Shown here: piece by piece, positions 36,561 to 37,414 of the stretch
How positions within the stretch are numbered: the stretch's first letter is position 1
Layout: each line of letters opens with the position of its first letter
From: Coniocarpon cinnabarinum
Lineage: Eukaryota
NCBI GenBank assembly: GCA_051942205.1
Contig: JAVECO010000209.1
Span: 1 to 37,414, forward strand
Reading direction: 5' to 3'
Length of the DNA stretch: 37,414 bases
Notes under the pieces: generated by a model
The model's input: only the letters and a program-made list of their open reading frames with translations
Database searches by the model: none
What the model was told of the DNA's origin: nothing
Made by a program: the position numbers and the translations under genes

Positions 36561-36969
36561 TGTTACGCAGGGTCGGAGGATGATCTCTTAGTAGCTTCCT
36601 TTTATAACACGGTTAGGGAGAGAGCTAGAGGTTCTAAAGCTAGAGGACTCGCTCTTAAGTCTCTTTAAGTTAAAAATAAGGGGTTTTAGGTAAAGTATAA
36701 AGCTTGTAACTTAGTGTAAATAAATTATATTTAGACTATAAGTTGGTAGACTAAAGTTTGTCCTAAGAGTCGTCCTTTAGTCCAGCTATATAGATAGTAA
36801 GGTCGCCAATTCTTCTGCGACCTAGTCGCTAAGGTTGTAGCGACCTCTATAACTGGCTGTAGGTCCTTCCTACGGCCTTTGGTGTCAATAGACGTTAGGT
36901 CGCGAGGCTGGCTGCGTCCGCTTATAATAGGGCTGTGCTAACTTCTGGAATTGGCCTAGCGGCGTAACA
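36561..36969 (-). repeat. 5' LTR of the chromovirus
   Basis: Direct repeat of 29734-30142, adjacent to the PBS-like sequence (36549-36560) and the gag start. Confidence 0.95.
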
Positions 36970-37414
36970 TTAGTAAATTTATAAATAAAAATATAATAAA
37001 TAAAAGTATAAGCCCTAAATACTAAATACTTTATATTAAAGAAATACTTATATTACTAAATTTATAGAAGATATTATAATTATCTATATAATTAATAAAA
37101 ATTAAAAAAAAAGGTAAGCTTTTTAATAAAGAAAAAAGTACTAATATAATAATAATCTTTACTTATATTATAGTAAAATAAAACATAGAGCTAAAAAATG
37201 TAAGGTTATATTTACTAATAAAAGTAAGTAATAAAAATAGTCTTAAAAGTTAAATATACTTAAAAGACTAGTAAAGAATAAATTATAAAATTTAGTAAAC
37301 TATATAATTAAAAAGAATAATATAAATATTTTTTATATACTTAATATTATCTAACTTAAAATATTATAAATATTACTTAAATTAACTTTATAAATAATAG
37401 AACTACTACTAAGA
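36970..37414. repeat. Extremely AT-rich RIP relic
   Basis: Almost only A/T with TpA excess; no recognisable coding motif. Confidence 0.7.

Larger units (their letters stand above)
29734..36969 (-). mobile_element. Full-length RIP-mutated Gypsy/Ty3 chromovirus
   Basis: 409-bp direct LTRs (TGTTACGC...GCGTAACA); minus-strand PPT gaagagaggggattg (30143-30157). Gag from 36515 with a CCHC knuckle ~35715-35673; protease VLLNFSVFRNFI (RIPed LLDSGA) ~34240; RT YIDNILIY ~33120; RNase H ~32690; integrase ~32050-31400; chromodomain YLIKWKGY...NT*EP ~30900-30845. Confidence 0.95.

Overview
Fungal (filamentous ascomycete-type) genomic DNA with a strong RIP signature (CpA->TpA / TpG->TpA). A ~24.7 kb GC-balanced island of accessory, mostly decaying genes (~4183-28868) lies between two AT-rich blocks of dead LTR retrotransposons. 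Left block: a nest of three minus-strand elements (Gypsy LTR 151-336 inside Gypsy 337-2452 inside Copia 2453-4182). Right block: a full-length RIP-mutated chromovirus (29734-36969, 409-bp LTRs) with an extended Gag and a hidden antisense Zn-cluster-like/coiled-coil ORF. The island contains a PD-(D/E)XK-like fragment, a Zn2Cys6 pseudogene, a 5'-truncated DUF3638/DUF3645-type pseudogene, a DNA hairpin and a solo Copia LTR. It then carries a co-oriented run of pseudokinase, coiled-coil gene and two DUF7924-type nuclease-like paralogues (one RIP-killed with restorable PD...ExK, one nearly intact but lacking ExK), plus a HeLo-like/ubiquitin-like/zinc-finger fusion gene and a stand-alone chromodomain gene. 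This content resembles Starship-type cargo, but no DUF3435 captain is visible. All family calls are motif recognition by eye, not database searches.
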